Origin: Burkholderiales bacterium | Lineage (GTDB): Bacteria > Pseudomonadota > Gammaproteobacteria > Burkholderiales > SG8-39 | Assembly: GCA_036262835.1 (NCBI GenBank) | Contig: DATAID010000070.1 | Coordinates: 14,419-78,418, forward strand | Length of the DNA stretch: 64,000 bases | Direction: 5' to 3' | Shown: piece by piece, positions 61,390 to 64,000 of the stretch | How the letters are laid out: each line of letters starts with the position of its first letter | Position numbering within the stretch: the first letter of the stretch is position 1 | Made by a program: the position numbers and the translations under genes | Notes under the pieces: model-generated | What the model was told of the DNA's origin: nothing | The model's input: only the letters and a program-made list of their open reading frames with translations | Databases searched by the model: none

Positions 61390-62266
61390 GGACTTTTTCG
61401 GCATCGCCCTGCTGGGACCTCTCGCTTGCTTCGCGGCAAGCGATGCCGCGAACCGCACGCCGCGCTTCGAGCCGCCGCCGAAAGGCGCCGTGGCGCCGCG
61501 CATCGCGCTCGTGCTCGGCTCGGGCGGCCATCGCGGCTTCGCGCACGTCGGGGTGCTCAAGGCGCTCGCGGAGAACGGCATCCGGCCCGATCTCATCCTC
61601 GGCACGAGCATCGGCGCCGTGGTGGGCGCGCTCTACGCGGGCGGCATGAGCGCGACCGAGCTCGAGCAGCTCGCCTACGACCTGAACATGATGGAGTTCT
61701 TCGAGCTGAAGATGCTCTTCGGCAGGACACCGAGCGGGCGCGGCGTGCAGGACTTCGTCTCCAGGCACGTGCAGGGGCGCCTGATCGAGGAGCTGCGCAT
61801 TCCGTTCGCCGCGGCGGCGACGCGCGTGCGCGACCACGCGCTCGTGCTCTTCAACCGCGGCGACACCGGCCTCGCGGTGCGCGCCTCCGCCGCGAGCCCG
61901 GACGAATTCGCCCCGGTCGAGATCGGCGGCGAGATGTACATGGACGGCGACGAGGTGAGCCCGGTGCCGATCCGCGCGGCGCGGCGCCTCGGCGCGCGTG
62001 TCGTGATCGCGATCGACGTCTCGGCCTACGCGCAGGAGACGCCCGCCGGCGTGCCGGCGCGCTGGATCGAGAAGGACGCGCGCCGCGCGAAGCAGATCGC
62101 GGCCGAGGCGGGCGCGGCCGACGTGCTCATCCATCCCGACATCGGCTACTACGCGGGGCGCAACGAAGCCTACCGGCGCCGCGTCATCGCGATCGCCTAC
62201 CGGGTCACGCGCGAGAAGCTGCCGGCGATCCTCGCGGCGATCGCAAAAGCGGGCGCCGCAAGGTAG
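61379..62266 (+). CDS. patatin-like phospholipase (RssA/YchK type) with Tat/lipoprotein-like signal
   Basis: RRRDFFGIALLGPLAC leader. LGSGGHRGFAHVGVLKAL oxyanion motif, GTSIG nucleophile and a DGD-type Asp. GTG overlaps the upstream gene by 11 nt. Confidence 0.85.
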   Translation: MRRRDFFGIALLGPLACFAASDAANRTPRFEPPPKGAVAPRIALVLGSGGHRGFAHVGVLKALAENGIRPDLILGTSIGAVVGALYAGGMSATELEQLAYDLNMMEFFELKMLFGRTPSGRGVQDFVSRHVQGRLIEELRIPFAAAATRVRDHALVLFNRGDTGLAVRASAASPDEFAPVEIGGEMYMDGDEVSPVPIRAARRLGARVVIAIDVSAYAQETPAGVPARWIEKDARRAKQIAAEAGAADVLIHPDIGYYAGRNEAYRRRVIAIAYRVTREKLPAILAAIAKAGAAR

Positions 62267-62309
62267 GAAGAAGGTCCTGCGGGAAACGCGCCCGGAAAAA
62301 CGCCCGGGA

Positions 62310-62573
62310 TCAGTCCTGCGGAACTTCGGTCGGCTTCACCTTGCGCTTGGCGGGCTTGGGCGGCGCGGCCTTGCGCGCGGCGGAGGCGATGCGGCGCAGG
62401 TCGGTCATCGCCTTGTCGCAGAGCGCCGCGATCTCCGGCTCGCCCAGGCGCACGGCGTTGTCCTTCAGCTGGCGCACCTCGATCATGTTCAGCTTCGCGA
62501 TGCGCTCGGCCGTCCAGGAGGTCGTGCGCGGCAGCTCCGGCGCGGGCGCGGCCGTCCTTGCCTTGGTGCTCAC
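62310..62573 (-). CDS. hypothetical protein with Lys/Pro-rich basic tail
   Basis: Very high GC3. C-terminal KAAPPKPAKRKVKPTE. Start unresolved (TTG 62579, GTG 62573 or internal ATG); all lie at or after the cspA terminator. Confidence 0.55.
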   Translation of the reverse strand: MSTKARTAAPAPELPRTTSWTAERIAKLNMIEVRQLKDNAVRLGEPEIAALCDKAMTDLRRIASAARKAAPPKPAKRKVKPTEVPQD

Positions 62574-62577
62574 AGAC

Positions 62578-62602
62578 AAAAAAGCCCGCTCGCGCGGGCT
62601 TT
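62578..62602 (-). terminator. rho-independent terminator of the cold-shock gene
   Basis: Minus strand AAAGCCCGC-GCGA-GCGGGCTTT followed by TTTG, 20 nt after the stop. Confidence 0.75.
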
Positions 62603-62622
62603 CTCCATCGTGAAGACGGCGC

Positions 62623-62826
62623 TCACGCCGGCCTTACGTTGGTGGCGTTGGGGCCCTTGGCGCCCTGGCCGACTTCGAACTGCACCTTGTCGCCTTCCTT
62701 GAGCGACTTGAAGCCGCTGCCCTGGATGGCGGAGAAGTGCACGAACAGATCCTTGCCGCCGTCGTCCGGAGTGATGAAGCCGAACCCTTTGGCATCGTTG
62801 AACCACTTGACCGTACCTTTACTCAT
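62623..62826 (-). CDS. cspA: cold-shock protein, CspA family
   Basis: [15 protein letters not shown] (RNP1) and DLFVHFSAI (RNP2). 67 aa. SD AAGGA. Confidence 0.95.
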   Translation of the reverse strand: MSKGTVKWFNDAKGFGFITPDDGGKDLFVHFSAIQGSGFKSLKEGDKVQFEVGQGAKGPNATNVRPA

Positions 62827-62963
62827 CGATATTTCCTTCTAAAACGGAAGAAAAGCCTTCCGAGCTTGCGGGTACTTCGAGGGAGGAACTACTGATGAGC
62901 ACTGTAGGGCAGAGCGGACCAGTTATTCTCGCGGCCTGAGAACCAGCGCCTTGTATTTTAACA
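62827..62963 (-). promoter_or_regulatory. candidate extended -10 promoter and long 5' UTR of the cold-shock gene
   Basis: Minus strand TGTTAAAAT (62955-62963) fits an extended -10. It would give a leader of about 120 nt, as is usual for cspA-type genes. No transcript data. Confidence 0.4.
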
Positions 62964-62973
62964 CGAATCGCGG

Positions 62974-63306
62974 CTAGCGGCGGCCTCTTTGGCGCTGGCG
63001 GTCGCGATTCTGCGGCCGATGGCGGTGATTGGGGTTGCCGCCGGGCTTGCCGCCCTGGCCGCCGCCGCCCGCGTTGTGGCGGTGGTTCTGCCCGCCGCCC
63101 TGGCGGTTCTCGTGGCGGATGTTCGGGTCGGGCGCCCCCGCCCGGTTGGCCGAGGCGAGCGCGATCTCCACCTCGTTCAGCTCGTCCCATTGCGCGTCGG
63201 TGCGGTCGCGCTCCGGAATCGCGCGCAGCTCCTGAAGGCGGCGCTGCAGGGGAACGGGCTGCTCTTGCGGCGGGGGAGGCGGTGCGGGCTGCTGGGGGTC
63301 GTCCAT
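62974..63306 (-). CDS. hypothetical protein with Pro-rich N-terminus and Gly/Arg/Asn/His-rich basic tail
   Basis: High GC3. ATG at 63306. The C-terminus is RQGGGQNHRHNAGGGGQGGKPGGNPNHRHRPQNRDRQRQRGRR. Confidence 0.55.
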   Translation of the reverse strand: MDDPQQPAPPPPPQEQPVPLQRRLQELRAIPERDRTDAQWDELNEVEIALASANRAGAPDPNIRHENRQGGGQNHRHNAGGGGQGGKPGGNPNHRHRPQNRDRQRQRGRR

Positions 63307-63529
63307 GCCGGTCTTTTCGTCCAGTAAAAGTGATGCGCGGCCGCCATGATACGCGAATGAAAGATTCCGACGGCGGGGCAGCGGATCCGGGAAGTCAAGC
63401 TTGGCGCCTTGTAGTGCGGAATGCCTCGGCCTGCCGCCTTCGGGCCACCTCACAATCCCATGACGTGCGACTGTTCGCTCGCCCGGTACAGGCCATACTG
63501 CTGGCCCTCCCCAAGAAAAACAGGCGGAA

Positions 63530-63796
63530 ATGCAACTTCACCTGATCTGCTACGACCTTCGTGCGCGGCGCGAAGCCCGCGATTACCAGGGGTTCTGGGA
63601 AGAGCTGCGCCGGCTCGGCGCCTTCCGCGGCCTCGACTCGAGCTGGTGGCTCGAGCGCGACGACCTCAACAGCGCCGAGTTGCGCGACCGGCTCGGCCGC
63701 TTCATCGACGAGGGCGACGGCCTGCTCGTCGTGCGCGTTTCCGACTGGGCGGGGCGCTGGCTCAAGGCGACCGCCTGCACCCCGGAGGCGGCGTAA
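63530..63796 (+). CDS. small protein with Cas2/VapD-like sequence pattern (orphan)
   Basis: 88 aa with high GC3. HLICYDL...FWEELRRLGAFRGLDSSWWLE...LRDRLGRFIDEGDGLLVVRVS fits a beta-alpha-beta-beta-alpha-beta ferredoxin-like layout with an Asp in strand 1. Confidence 0.55.
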   Translation: MQLHLICYDLRARREARDYQGFWEELRRLGAFRGLDSSWWLERDDLNSAELRDRLGRFIDEGDGLLVVRVSDWAGRWLKATACTPEAA

Positions 63797-64000
63797 TGGC
63801 CCGCCTCGAGAAATTCAACGCCCGCGGCCACAGCGTCCACTACCGGGCGAAAAGCATCGAGCGCTCGCTCGCCTTCTACGTGCGCCTCGGCTTCCGGATC
63901 GATTTCCTCGACTCGCCGGCCTCGGCCCAGGCCTCGATGGGCGACCTGACGCTCTTCCTCACCCGGCTCCCCGAGTCGGAATGGCACAAGACGCTCGGCA
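63796..64000 (+). CDS. VOC (glyoxalase/bleomycin-resistance) family protein, N-terminal fragment (3' end outside window)
   Basis: Its ATG overlaps the upstream TAA (TAATG). HSVHYRAKSIERSLAFYVRLGFRI resembles the first beta-alpha-beta-beta-beta module of VOC proteins. Confidence 0.6.
   Translation, partial: MARLEKFNARGHSVHYRAKSIERSLAFYVRLGFRIDFLDSPASAQASMGDLTLFLTRLPESEWHKTLG

Noticed and set aside
61379-62266. The patatin-like phospholipase as a CBASS or other defence-type effector.
   Set aside because: No cyclase, sensor or other defence genes are nearby. The protein has an export/lipoprotein leader and the RssA/YchK-type layout typical of housekeeping envelope lipases.
62558-62842. Plus-strand ORFs overlapping the cold-shock gene (62558-62842, and the alternative minus frame 62570-62806).
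   Set aside because: The CspA frame has unmistakable RNP1 and RNP2 motifs, an SD and a terminator. The overlapping frames have no support.
63282-63545. The 87-aa plus-strand ORF upstream of and overlapping the Cas2-like gene, as a possible antitoxin.
   Set aside because: Third-position GC is clearly lower than in genuine genes here, the sequence is Arg-rich with no motif, and it overlaps the end of the divergent upstream gene region. It is probably non-coding.

Overview
This is a high-GC chromosomal segment (roughly two-thirds G+C by eye, not computed). Its gene content fits a Burkholderiales-type betaproteobacterium.

**Content**
- Three Bug/TctC-family solute receptors.
- Several acyl-CoA and organic-acid catabolic modules: family III CoA-transferases, enoyl-CoA hydratase, FAH, PEP-mutase/ICL, SDR and FMN-dependent dehydrogenase.
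- Housekeeping genes: pepN, ettA, queD-queE, arfB, Fe-SOD and a cspA-family gene.
- Many small exported proteins.
- About 75 coding regions are supported. They are densely packed on both strands, often with 1-4 nt start/stop overlaps.

**Not found**
I found no rRNA, tRNA, CRISPR array, transposase, integrase or phage gene, and no obvious compositional island. The window reads as ordinary chromosome rather than a mobile accessory region. I could not identify a convincing multi-gene novel system such as a defence island.

**Most unusual items**
1. A 1785-aa tandem-fused UvrA-like protein with four ABC ATPase modules.
2. A secreted Asp/Arg/His/Asn-rich repeat protein with almost no hydrophobic residues, upstream of sodB.
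3. A REC-PAS response regulator next to a hyaluronan/chitin-synthase-like processive GT2.
4. An orphan ParB/Srx-fold protein.
5. A Cas2/VapD-like small ORF at the window edge with no CRISPR context.
6. A family III CoA-transferase with apparently rearranged domain order.
7. Several short ORFs with native codon bias that fall below the ORF-track cutoff.

**Limits**
All functional calls come from motif and family recognition by eye; no searches were run. The many long antisense ORFs in the track are treated as high-GC shadow ORFs.
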